Assembly (NCBI RefSeq): GCF_000006765.1
Contig: NC_002516.2
Reading direction: 5' to 3' (one strand)
Length of the DNA: 64,000 nt
Source of the DNA: Pseudomonas aeruginosa PAO1
GTDB lineage: Bacteria > Pseudomonadota > Gammaproteobacteria > Pseudomonadales > Pseudomonadaceae
In this document: positions 29,073 to 40,328 of the stretch, piece after piece
How positions within the stretch are numbered: the first letter of the stretch is position 1
Layout: each line of letters opens with the position of its first letter
The notes under the pieces: model-generated
What the model was told of the DNA's origin: nothing
What the model saw: the letters and a program-made list of their open reading frames with translations, nothing else
The model's database searches: none
Position numbers and translations under genes: made by a program

Positions 29073-29130
29073 CTGGCCGCGCCGCGGCGCTTCCTGCTAA
29101 GGTGCCGCGGTCAACCGGATTGCTGCCGCC

Positions 29131-29943
29131 ATGCCCGAACTACCCGAAGTCGAAACCACCCGCCGGGGCATCGCCCCCTACCTCGAAGGCCAGCGCGTCG
29201 AGCGCGTGATCGTGCGCGAGCGGCGCCTGCGCTGGCCGATTCCCGAAGACCTGGACGTGCGCCTGTCCGGACAACGCATCGTCAGCGTCGAGCGCCGCGC
29301 CAAGTACCTGCTGCTGGGCGCCGAGGCCGGTACGCTGATCAGCCACCTGGGCATGTCCGGCAGCCTGAGGCTGGTGGAGAGCGGCACCCCGGCCAGTCGC
29401 CACGAGCACGTCGACATCGAGCTGGCCTCGGGCATGGCCCTGCGCTACACCGATCCGCGGCGCTTCGGCGCCATGCTCTGGAGCCTGGCGCCACTGGAAC
29501 ACGAGTTGCTGCGCAACCTCGGCCCGGAACCGCTGACCGACGCTTTCGCCGGCCAGCGTCTGTTCGAGCTGTCGCGCGGGCGGAGCATGGCGGTCAAGCC
29601 GTTCATCATGGACAACGCGGTGGTGGTCGGGGTCGGCAACATCTACGCCAGCGAAGCGCTGTTCGCCGCCGGCATCGATCCGCGCAAGCCCGCCGGGAGC
29701 ATCTCCAAGGCGCGCTACCTGCGCCTGGCGGAGGAGATCAAGCGGATCCTGGCGATCGCCATCGAGCGCGGCGGCACCACCCTGCGCGATTTCGTCGGCG
29801 GCGACGGCCAGCCCGGTTACTTCCAGCAGGAATTGTTCGTCTATGGCCGTGGCGGGGAGTTCTGCAAGGTCTGCGGCAGCACCCTGCGCGAGATCCGCCT
29901 AGGCCAGCGCGCCAGCGTGTACTGCCCGCGCTGCCAACGCTGA
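29131..29943 (+). CDS. mutM: Formamidopyrimidine-DNA glycosylase
   Basis: [29 protein letters not shown] and C-terminal zinc finger CKVC..CPRCQ. Confidence 0.98.
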
Positions 29944-30019
29944 AGCGCCGCGCCGCGCATACTCTACCGCCACAAGAAGGGCCGCCACGGTGAGCGGCCT
30001 GCCATAAGAAAGGTGCACG

Positions 30020-30598
30020 ATGTCCGGCAATTACCTGCCTCGCAACACCCTGGTCGAGTCGCTCGGCCATGCCATGCTGAAACTCTCCGGCTGGAAGATC
30101 GAGGGCCAGTTGCCCGCGCTCGACAAGTTCGTGGTGATCGGCGCCCACCACACCTCGAACTGGGACTTCGTGGCCTTCCTTGCCGCCAAGTTCGTCCTGC
30201 GCCTGAACGCCCGCTGGTTCGGCAAGCACACCCTGTTCAACGGCCCGCTGGGCGGCCTGATGCGGCGCTGGGGTGGCATCCCGATCCAGCGCCACCTGAA
30301 GCTGAATACCGTGGACCAGGCGATCCAGGCCTTCCGCGAGCACCGCGAGTTCATGCTGATCATCGCTCCGGAAGGCACGCGCAAGAAGGTCGACCGCTGG
30401 CGCATGGGCTTCTACCACATCGCCCGTGGCGCCGGCGTACCGGTGGTGCCGGCGGCGCTGGACTACGAAAACCGGCGGATCGTCATCGGCGAACCCTTCT
30501 GGCCGACCGGCAACGAGGACGCCGACCTGTGCAGCCTGATCGGCTTCTACCGGCCGTTCATCCCGAAAAAGCCGCACTACGCATTCCTCGGCGATTGA
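30020..30598 (+). CDS. Lysophospholipid (PlsC-like) acyltransferase family protein
   Basis: HHTSNWD (HX4D) and APEGTR motifs. Confidence 0.88.
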
Positions 30599-30628
30599 AG
30601 GCGGTCACGCTGGCACTACCCGCAGCGC

Positions 30629-30637
30629 TGTTATAGT
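30629..30637 (+). promoter_or_regulatory. Extended -10 element upstream of 30681
   Basis: TG-T-TATAGT, 43 nt before the ATG. Confidence 0.4.
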
Positions 30638-30680
30638 TAGGCGATATCTGCCCAACCAAAAACCAGAAAGGACCGCCTCC

Positions 30681-31025
30681 ATGAACCTGTTTCGCACCAC
30701 CGCGCTCGTGCTGGCGCTGACCACCGGGCTCTCGTCCATGCCCGCGCTGGCGGATGCCGTGCAGGAAAACGCCAGCGGCGACCCGATGTACACCGTCGAA
30801 GCGCCCCCCGCGTACGCCATGATCGGCGATCTGCTCATCGCCCGTCCCTTCCTGATCGCCGCCACGGCCGTCGGGGCGGTGGCCTTCGTGGTCAGCCTGC
30901 CGTTCACCGCGGCCAGCGGCAGCGTCGGCAAGGCCGGCCAGGCGCTGGTGGTCGATCCGGGCAAGGAAGCCTTCGTCCGTTGCCTGGGCTGCACCACCAG
31001 CGGCTATAACCACGACGAAAGCTGA
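30681..31025 (+). CDS. Small exported/membrane hypothetical protein (114 aa)
   Basis: AAGGA RBS, signal peptide, central hydrophobic segment, RCLGC near the C-terminus; has its own terminator. Confidence 0.8.
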
Positions 31026-31040
31026 GTTTCCAACGGAATG

Positions 31041-31069
31041 AAAAAAAGCCGGTCATCGACCGGCTTTTT
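31041..31069. terminator. Intrinsic terminator
   Basis: AAAAAAAGCCGGTC-atc-GACCGGCTTTTT. Confidence 0.9.
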
Positions 31070-31294
31070 GTTTTCTCGATGCATTGCAGGGGGCACGGAG
31101 ATTGGGCTAAGTCTTTTCTTCCGCCACGGCAGGCGGCAGCTATAGCGCCGCATCGGCCGATGACAGATGTTCCGCACGGACCGTTCGCGGCACTTGATCG
31201 GACTCTCCGATGGTGACAGTGTCCTGCTGACCAGCAAGGTCACAAGGTCGACCAGGGGTGGCCGACCGGCTCAACCAAGATAAGGATTTCGCGT

Positions 31295-32281
31295 ATGTTC
31301 AGTCAGTGGGTGTTCCTGTCCGTCCTTGCTCTTGCCGTACCCTCGTTCGCCTGGGCGGAGGATGCGGTGTCCGACCTCGCCAGGGAGCAGTCCAAGGCCG
31401 AGCAGGGCGACAAGCGCGGCGATGAACTGTTCGCCGAATTCACCCGCCTCCGCCAGGCCGCCGAGACGGGGGAGCCGCAGGCTCTGTTCGATTTCGGCGC
31501 CTACTTCTACCAGCAACAGAACTACGCCAGCGCGCGCGAATGGTGGGGCAAGGCGGCCGCTGCGGGGATGGTCCGCGCGCAGATCCAACTGGCCATGCTC
31601 TATCGCGATGGTGACGGCGGGCCACAGGACAAGACCGAGGCGGCACGCTGGTTCCGGAAGGCCGCGGAGCAGGGGGATGCCGCCGCCCAGAATGAAATGG
31701 GCGTTCTCTACTGGAGAGGCGAAGGGGTCGACCAGGACCGGGTGAAGGCCGGGACCTGGTTCGAACGCGCGGCGGCCAGCGGTAGCGAAGACGCCGAAAC
31801 CAATCTGGGATGGTTCTACCTGGACGACTCGCAAGGCGTCTATTCCGCCACTTCAGACGAGGAAGCCGCCCTGCTGGACCGTTATGCCGGCAGCCGGGAA
31901 AAGGCCTTCCAGTGGTTCTGCAAGGCTGCGACCCAGGGAGATGCCCGTGCCCAGTTCAAGGTGGGCGAGGCCTACTGGAACGGTTCCGGTGCCGGGATGA
32001 ACAAGCTGCAAGCGCGGCTCTGGCTGGAAAAGGCCGCACAGCAGCAGGATGCGGATGCCATCGCCTGGTTGGAGAGCGCCGCGAACGCAGCCTGGTACAC
32101 CCGCCTGGAAAACTGGATTCACGCTGCGCTGGATGGAGAGCTGTCCGGCGTCGCCGACTGCTCCGGTGCCGCCGATCGCCGGCACTCCGGCCGAGGCATG
32201 GAGGGCGCCCCGTCTGACCCGGAGGCGGTGGAAGCCAGTGCGGAGGATGCGCAGCAGGCGGTTGAAGCGGCGAGCCAGTGA
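31295..32281 (+). CDS. Exported Sel1-repeat (TPR-like) protein
   Basis: Signal peptide; repeated A..W...AA.QG...AQ..LG..Y..G.G units; AAGGA RBS. Confidence 0.88.
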   Translation: MFSQWVFLSVLALAVPSFAWAEDAVSDLAREQSKAEQGDKRGDELFAEFTRLRQAAETGEPQALFDFGAYFYQQQNYASAREWWGKAAAAGMVRAQIQLAMLYRDGDGGPQDKTEAARWFRKAAEQGDAAAQNEMGVLYWRGEGVDQDRVKAGTWFERAAASGSEDAETNLGWFYLDDSQGVYSATSDEEAALLDRYAGSREKAFQWFCKAATQGDARAQFKVGEAYWNGSGAGMNKLQARLWLEKAAQQQDADAIAWLESAANAAWYTRLENWIHAALDGELSGVADCSGAADRRHSGRGMEGAPSDPEAVEASAEDAQQAVEAASQ

Positions 32282-32385
32282 GGCACGCCGCCTGGATTGC
32301 CAGCCGGACTCGTCGGCGAAATCCCTACGCGGCGCCTATCTGGGTGAGATCGTCGAACATTTTTTGAGCGCTGTCTCTCATTTGT

Positions 32386-34119
32386 TCAGTGCGGCCGAGG
32401 CTGCGCTTGCGCCTCCAGGGACAGAGACGAGTAGCCGATCCCGCGCGGGTCGCTGGCGGCGTCGACGCGGCCGCTGCGCTTGTCCCAGTAGAGCACCTGC
32501 TGGTTGCCGTAGCTGCGCTCCAGGCGTTTGAGCTGATAGCCGCGCCGGCGCAGTTCGGCGGCCTCGGCATCGCTGAAGGCGCGCGGTTCGTACTCGACGA
32601 CGTCCGGCTTGTACTGGTGGTGGTAGCGCGGCGCGGCGACCCATTGGCCGACCGGGCGACCGTCGAAGTACTGCAGCATGGAGATCAGAACCATGCTCGG
32701 GATGCGGCTGCCGCCAGGGGTGCCGAAGGCGGCGAAGTCGGTCGGGCTTTCCAGGAAGCTCGGACTCATGCTCGACAGCGGGCGCTTGCCGGCCGCCACC
32801 GCGTTCGCCTGGCTGCCGGCCAGGCCGTAGCTGTTGGCGCCCTGGGTGTCGGCGGCGAAATCGTCCATCTCGTTGTTCAGCACCACGCCGGTATCGGGAA
32901 CGGTGAAGGCGGCGCCGAACGGCAGGTTCACCGAGAGGGTGGCGGCCACCGCGTTGCCCTGGGCATCGATCACCGCGAAGTGGGTGGTGTGGTCGCCTTC
33001 GCGCCAAGCCGGCGCCTCCGGCAGCGCCGAGCTGGGCGTGGCGCGGCGCGGGTCGATGCCGGCGGCAAGGCGCTTCAGGTAGTCCGGCGCCAGCAAACTG
33101 GGCAGCGGGTTGGCGACGAAGTCCGGGTCGCCGAGCAGGCCTCGATCGCGGTAGGCACGGCGCAGGACCTCCAGCACGTAATGGGCGCGCTGTACCGGCT
33201 CGGCCTTCTGCCACGGCAGCTGTTCCAGCATCTGCAGGCTCTGCGCCAGGGCGACGCCGCCGGCCGAGGGCGGCGGTGCGCTGATCAGTTCGCGGCCGTT
33301 GGCCAGCTTCACCTCCAGCGGGCGGCGTTCGATCACCCGGTAGTCGCGCAGGTCGGCCGCGCTCCAGATGCCGCCGCCGGCGCGGACCCCGGTGAGCAGC
33401 TTGTCCGCTGTCTCGCCTTCGTAGAAACCGATCCGCCCGTAGCGCCCGAGGCGTTCCAGGGTACGTGCCAACTGCGGTTGGCGGAGCAGGTTCCATTCGT
33501 CGGGGATTCCGCCCTTGTCGAGGAAGATCCGCGCGGTTTCCGGGTCCTTGCGCATCGCTTCCAGGCGCATGGCGGCGCGGTCACGGTAGATCCGGTCGAC
33601 GGATACGCCATCCACCGCCAGGCGGATCGCCGGCACCAGATTGTCGGCCAGGGGCTTGCGTCCGTAGCGGCTGCTCAATTCGACCAGCGCCGCCGGCAGG
33701 CCGGGGATCGCCGCCGCCAGCGGGCCGTCGACGGACAGCCTGGGGTCGACCTTGCCATTGCGCCGGTACATGTCGGCGTAGGCGGCCTTCGGCGCGCGCT
33801 CGCGGGCGTCGAGGAAGCGATAGGTCGGCTGCGCACCGGCCTGGCGCAGAAGGAAGAATCCACCGCCGCCGAGTCCCGAGCCGTAAGGCTCGGCTACCGC
33901 CAGGGCAGCGGCGATGGCCGCCGCAGCGTCGAAGGCGTTGCCGCCATTGGCCAGGGTTTCCAGGCCGGCGACGGTCGCGGCCGGATGTGGCGTGGCGACG
34001 GCGGCCTGCTGCGGTGCGTGGGCGTCGCCGCGAAAGCTGTCGGCATGCGCCGCGAGGCTGAGCAGGGACAGGCCGCAGGCGGCGACCAGGGTACGGACGG
34101 GCAGGTTCAGGAAGGACAT
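32386..34119 (-). CDS. ggt: Gamma-glutamyltranspeptidase precursor
   Basis: Signal peptide, GGNAFDAA, SGLGGGGF, autocleavage Thr in HTTHF, LNNEMDDF, PLSSMSP, GTPGGSRI. Confidence 0.94.
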   Translation of the reverse strand: MSFLNLPVRTLVAACGLSLLSLAAHADSFRGDAHAPQQAAVATPHPAATVAGLETLANGGNAFDAAAAIAAALAVAEPYGSGLGGGGFFLLRQAGAQPTYRFLDARERAPKAAYADMYRRNGKVDPRLSVDGPLAAAIPGLPAALVELSSRYGRKPLADNLVPAIRLAVDGVSVDRIYRDRAAMRLEAMRKDPETARIFLDKGGIPDEWNLLRQPQLARTLERLGRYGRIGFYEGETADKLLTGVRAGGGIWSAADLRDYRVIERRPLEVKLANGRELISAPPPSAGGVALAQSLQMLEQLPWQKAEPVQRAHYVLEVLRRAYRDRGLLGDPDFVANPLPSLLAPDYLKRLAAGIDPRRATPSSALPEAPAWREGDHTTHFAVIDAQGNAVAATLSVNLPFGAAFTVPDTGVVLNNEMDDFAADTQGANSYGLAGSQANAVAAGKRPLSSMSPSFLESPTDFAAFGTPGGSRIPSMVLISMLQYFDGRPVGQWVAAPRYHHQYKPDVVEYEPRAFSDAEAAELRRRGYQLKRLERSYGNQQVLYWDKRSGRVDAASDPRGIGYSSLSLEAQAQPRPH

Positions 34120-34246
34120 GGCGGCTCACTGTTCAGCGGCGTTCGCGGGACGGGGCCGCGAACGCCTCAGACTGGATTGCCAAGGATAGCCAAAAGCGCG
34201 TCGGACGGGGCGCGAACCGTCCCTGAAGGACAGGCGCCGGCGGGGA

Positions 34247-34498
<252 letters not shown>

Positions 34499-34618
34499 CT
34501 AACAACTCCAACCGCGACGGACAGCCACGGCATCGGTAACGGGAATAGCGGAATTGTGCCGCATCGGCGCCCGCAGTGCACGCGGGACGCCGACGGGAGG
34601 CCGGCGGAGAGACGCGGA

Positions 34619-36845
<2,227 letters not shown>

Positions 36846-36900
36846 GAATGCACTCTCAGGCTAGGCGGCTTCGGGCTCTTCGTATTGTTCCGGGGGCGGC

Positions 36901-37449
36901 TCAAGCGATCTTCGGCGGTCCGGGGTAGCCACAATGGGCCCACGCCTCGGGGCGGGCGTACCAGGCCATCATCGCCAGTTGCATCAGCGAACTGTGGCCC
37001 ATCCGCAACAGGCCGATGAAGCTGTTTTCCCAGCGCGAAAGGAATGCCCGCACGTCGTCGCCGCTGGCGTTCTCCCAACTGCCCCAGATACCGGTGAGCG
37101 GGCCACGGGTGAGCGGCAGGGCGAGCACGTCGAAGAGTTGCTGGGTGAGCTTGAACATCTCCGGGGAGAGCCGCGCCAGGTTGTGGTCGAGGCTCTGGAT
37201 CGCGCCCTCCACGGCTTTCGGCATCTGCTCGGCGGAAACCGCGCCGAGCAGCATCACCGGCAGCAGCGCACGGAGGAACGGCAGGTCGGATTCGCGGACC
37301 TTTTCCAGGCCGCTCGCTGGTTTCTCCGCCGAACAGCCGGTGAGGCTGGCGGTGACGCCCGCGGTGGCGAGGAAGGCGCCGCCGATCAGGCCGACTTTCA
37401 TCAGGCTGCGTCGGGACAGGCCGGCGCTTTCAAGGGTGGTGTCGCTCAT
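36901..37449 (-). CDS. laoB: Twin-arginine accessory subunit of the GMC oxidoreductase
   Basis: SRRSLMKVG Tat motif; lies between the ALDH and GMC genes. Confidence 0.8.
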   Translation of the reverse strand: MSDTTLESAGLSRRSLMKVGLIGGAFLATAGVTASLTGCSAEKPASGLEKVRESDLPFLRALLPVMLLGAVSAEQMPKAVEGAIQSLDHNLARLSPEMFKLTQQLFDVLALPLTRGPLTGIWGSWENASGDDVRAFLSRWENSFIGLLRMGHSSLMQLAMMAWYARPEAWAHCGYPGPPKIA

Positions 37450-37456
37450 TGTTGTT
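37449..37456 (-). promoter_or_regulatory. Hfq/Crc A-rich motif at the laoB start
   Basis: Minus strand reads ATAACAACAATG; there is no Shine-Dalgarno next to the ATG. Confidence 0.6.
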
Positions 37457-37503
37457 ATGTCACCTGCAGCGTAGGAATGAGGGGGCGCCGCACGCGCCCC
37501 GGT

Positions 37504-38934
37504 TCAGCGCACGAACAGCTTGTAGACGAGCTTCTGGATCGACTTGCCGTAGGGGGGGTAGATCATTCGCGCGGCGTTGAAGCGCGGCTTGCTGAACACG
37601 CCCTTGGCCTTGCTGAAGGTGAGGAAGCCTTCGTGGCCATGGTAGTGGCCCATGCCGGAGGGACCGACGCCACCGAACGGGATGTCGTCCTGGGCGACAT
37701 GCAGCAGGGTGTCGTTCAGACACACACCGCCTGAGTGGGTCTCGTGCAGCACGCGCTGCTGCTGCGCCTTGTCGTAGCCGAAGTAGTACAGGGCCAGCGG
37801 TCGCGGGCGCTGGTTGACGTAGGCCAGGGCGTCTTCCAGGCGCTCGTAGGGGATCACCGGCAGCAGCGGGCCGAAGATTTCCTCCTGCATCACTTTCATG
37901 TCGTCGCTGACGTTCAGAAGCAGCGTCTGCGGCAGGCGCCGTTGCTGGCCTTCGGCGAACAGCGGGACGAGGGTCGCGCCCTTCTCGCGGGCGTCGTCGA
38001 GATAGCCCCGGAGGCGGCCGAGCTGGCGCTCGTTGATGATCGCGGTGTAGTCGGGGTTGTCCGAAAGACGCGGGAAGAAGCCCTGGACCACCTCCTTGTA
38101 CTGACTGACGAATTCCTCGACGCGCCGGCTCGGTACCAGCACGTAGTCGGGCGCGACGCAGGTCTGCCCGGCGTTGAGGCTCTTGCCGAAGGCGATCCGC
38201 TCGGCGGCGTCCTTCATCGGCACGCTGTCGGAGACGATCGCCGGCGACTTGCCGCCCAGCTCCAGGGTGACCGGGGTCAGGTTCTCGGCGGCGGCGCGCA
38301 TCACGTGCTTGCCGACGCTGGTGGCGCCGGTGAACAGCAGGTGGTCGAACGGCAGCTTGGAAAAGGCCACGCCGACGTCTACCTCGCCTAGCACCACGGC
38401 GACCTGGTCCTCGGGGAAGATCCGCGCCAGCAGGTCCTTGAGCAGGCGCCCGGTGGCCGGGGTCGACTCGCTCATCTTGATCATCACCCGGTTGCCGGCG
38501 GCGAGGGCCCCGGTCAGCGGGCCGATGGAGAGGAACAGCGGATAGTTCCAAGGCACGATCACCCCGACCACGCCCAGCGGCTGGTACACCACCTGGGCCG
38601 AGGCCGGCTGGAATTGCAGGCCGACCGCGCGGCGCGCGGGCTTCATCCATTTCTTCACGCGCTTGGCGGCGTAGTGGATGCCGTGCAGGCTGGGCATGAT
38701 CTCGGCGAGCAGGGTCTCGTCGGCGGAGCGCGCGCTGAAGTCCCGGTCGATGGCCTCGATCAGTGCCTGCTGTTCCTTGAACAGCAGGTCGCGCAGGGCC
38801 TTCAGCCACTGCACGCGCTGCGTGGCGTCGGGCATCGGCTGCGCCAGGTAGGCGGCGCGCTGGCGGGCGAAGAGGGCTTCGAGCTGGTTGATTTCCTGCT
38901 GGCTCTGCTGCAGGTAGGCGATATCGGCGACCAT
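37504..38934 (-). CDS. laoC: Aldehyde dehydrogenase (coniferyl/long-chain aldehyde type)
   Basis: PWNYP, FTGATSVG, LELGGKSP, AGQTCVAPDY, EEIFGP. Confidence 0.92.
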   Translation of the reverse strand: MVADIAYLQQSQQEINQLEALFARQRAAYLAQPMPDATQRVQWLKALRDLLFKEQQALIEAIDRDFSARSADETLLAEIMPSLHGIHYAAKRVKKWMKPARRAVGLQFQPASAQVVYQPLGVVGVIVPWNYPLFLSIGPLTGALAAGNRVMIKMSESTPATGRLLKDLLARIFPEDQVAVVLGEVDVGVAFSKLPFDHLLFTGATSVGKHVMRAAAENLTPVTLELGGKSPAIVSDSVPMKDAAERIAFGKSLNAGQTCVAPDYVLVPSRRVEEFVSQYKEVVQGFFPRLSDNPDYTAIINERQLGRLRGYLDDAREKGATLVPLFAEGQQRRLPQTLLLNVSDDMKVMQEEIFGPLLPVIPYERLEDALAYVNQRPRPLALYYFGYDKAQQQRVLHETHSGGVCLNDTLLHVAQDDIPFGGVGPSGMGHYHGHEGFLTFSKAKGVFSKPRFNAARMIYPPYGKSIQKLVYKLFVR

Positions 38935-39032
38935 GGGCTGGCTCCTCGGCGAAGCGTGGGCGGCTGCGTGGCCGCGCGTCTGTCGTTATGGCGGACCTGG
39001 TTCGGTCCGATGAATTTCGCTGCGTCGCTGGA

Positions 39033-39061
39033 TTTCTAGAGTAAATACTCTAAAGTGTCAA
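39033..39061 (-). promoter_or_regulatory. Sigma70 promoter of laoCBA with a palindromic TetR operator in the spacer
   Basis: TTGACA (39061-39056), 17-nt spacer, TAGAAA (39038-39033); perfect inverted repeat TAGAGTA-AA-TACTCTA at 39037-39052. Confidence 0.8.
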
Positions 39062-39223
39062 ACAGCATGCCTGCCAGCCCGGCGCTTGCGTACCCAACGA
39101 AAGGCGGGCCGGTCGCCGGCCGCCACCCCCGGGGGCTGACCCGGGCGGCCGGCTTTGTGTACCTTCTACGCTGTCACGGCGGGGCGCGCCCCGCACTGTT
39201 ACCCGAACGAGCCCGTCGTCCCC

Positions 39224-39871
39224 ATGGCACCACGCATCAAGACCCGCGATCGCATCGCCCAGGCCAGCCTGGAACTGTTCAACGCCCAGGGCGAGCGCAG
39301 CGTCACCACCAACCATATCGCCACCCACCTGGGTATATCGCCTGGGAACCTCTACTACCACTACCCGAACAAGCAGGCGATCATCGCCGAGCTGTTCGCC
39401 GAGTACGAAAGCCACGTCGAGAGCTTCCTGCGCCTGCCCGAAGGGCGGGGTCTGACGGTGGACGACAAGACCTTCTACCTGGAAGCGCTACTGGCCGCGA
39501 TGTGGCGCTACCGCTTCCTCCATCGCGACCTCGAGCACCTGCTGGAAAGCGACCCGGAGCTGGCGGCGCGCTACCGCGCCTTCGCCCAGCGTTGCCTGGT
39601 CAACGCCAAGGCGATCTACCGGGGCTTCACCGAGGCCGGCATCCTGCGGATGAACGAGACCCAGCTGGAGGCCCTGACCCTCAACGCCTGGATCATCCTC
39701 ACCTCCTGGGTGCGCTTCCTCTGCACCACCCTCGATCTCGACGGCGACCTCAGCGAGGCGCAACTGCGTCGCGGCATCTACCAGGTGCTGGCGCTGGAGA
39801 GCGGGCACATCGAGGCGCAGGCCCAAGATGCGGTGGACGGGATTTCCGAGCGGCTCTACGTGCCGCTCTGA
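39224..39871 (+). CDS. laoR: TetR/AcrR-family transcriptional regulator, divergent from laoCBA
   Basis: N-terminal HTH ..TTNHIATHLGISPGNLYYHYPNKQ; start at ATG 39224. Confidence 0.92.
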   Translation: MAPRIKTRDRIAQASLELFNAQGERSVTTNHIATHLGISPGNLYYHYPNKQAIIAELFAEYESHVESFLRLPEGRGLTVDDKTFYLEALLAAMWRYRFLHRDLEHLLESDPELAARYRAFAQRCLVNAKAIYRGFTEAGILRMNETQLEALTLNAWIILTSWVRFLCTTLDLDGDLSEAQLRRGIYQVLALESGHIEAQAQDAVDGISERLYVPL

Positions 39872-40266
39872 TCGCGCAGGGTTTTCTCCAGCACCTGCTG
39901 GATGTGGATGCCGTGGCGGCGGAAGAAGGCTTCGGTACCGAGGGTGGCGTCGGTGAACAGGTAGGCGCCGCGGTGATCCTCGGCGAAGCGCCGCAGCAGG
40001 GCTGCGCCGACGCCGCTGCTCTGTGCGCCGGGCAGCACGGCGATTTCCGCCAGCCAGACGCGAATCGGTGTTTCTTCCTCGGCGCGCAGCAGGCCGACCA
40101 GGCGGCCGTCGCGTTCGGCCAGCAGGGAATACCCGGAATGCTGGTACAGCGTGCGTAGCTCGGCAGGCGGCATGCGCCGGTCCCAGCCGACCGCCGCGTG
40201 GATCGCCAGGATCGCCTCGCAGTCGGCGTCGTCGAGCATCGGGTTGTGCCGCAGCGTCAGTTCCAT
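39856..40266 (-). CDS. GNAT-family N-acetyltransferase (136 aa)
   Basis: Tail of track ORF 39856..41295; ATG 40266 with a G-rich RBS; acetyl-CoA motif IAVLPGAQSSGVGAALL. Confidence 0.75.
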   Translation of the reverse strand: MELTLRHNPMLDDADCEAILAIHAAVGWDRRMPPAELRTLYQHSGYSLLAERDGRLVGLLRAEEETPIRVWLAEIAVLPGAQSSGVGAALLRRFAEDHRGAYLFTDATLGTEAFFRRHGIHIQQVLEKTLRDQSGT

Positions 40267-40328
40267 TCGCCCCCCTTTTTCCTTCAGCCTGTTCCTATTC
40301 TGCCGCCCGTCGCCGGACGCCGGCCAGC

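Noticed and set aside
31004-31243. 79-aa minus-strand ORF in the intergenic region before the Sel1 gene
   Set aside because: It runs through a terminator and into the 3' end of the opposite gene, has atypical composition and shows no motif.
40270-40280. C6T5 homopolymer at the GNAT RBS as a phase-variation switch
   Set aside because: The tracts are too short to be unusual in this GC background.
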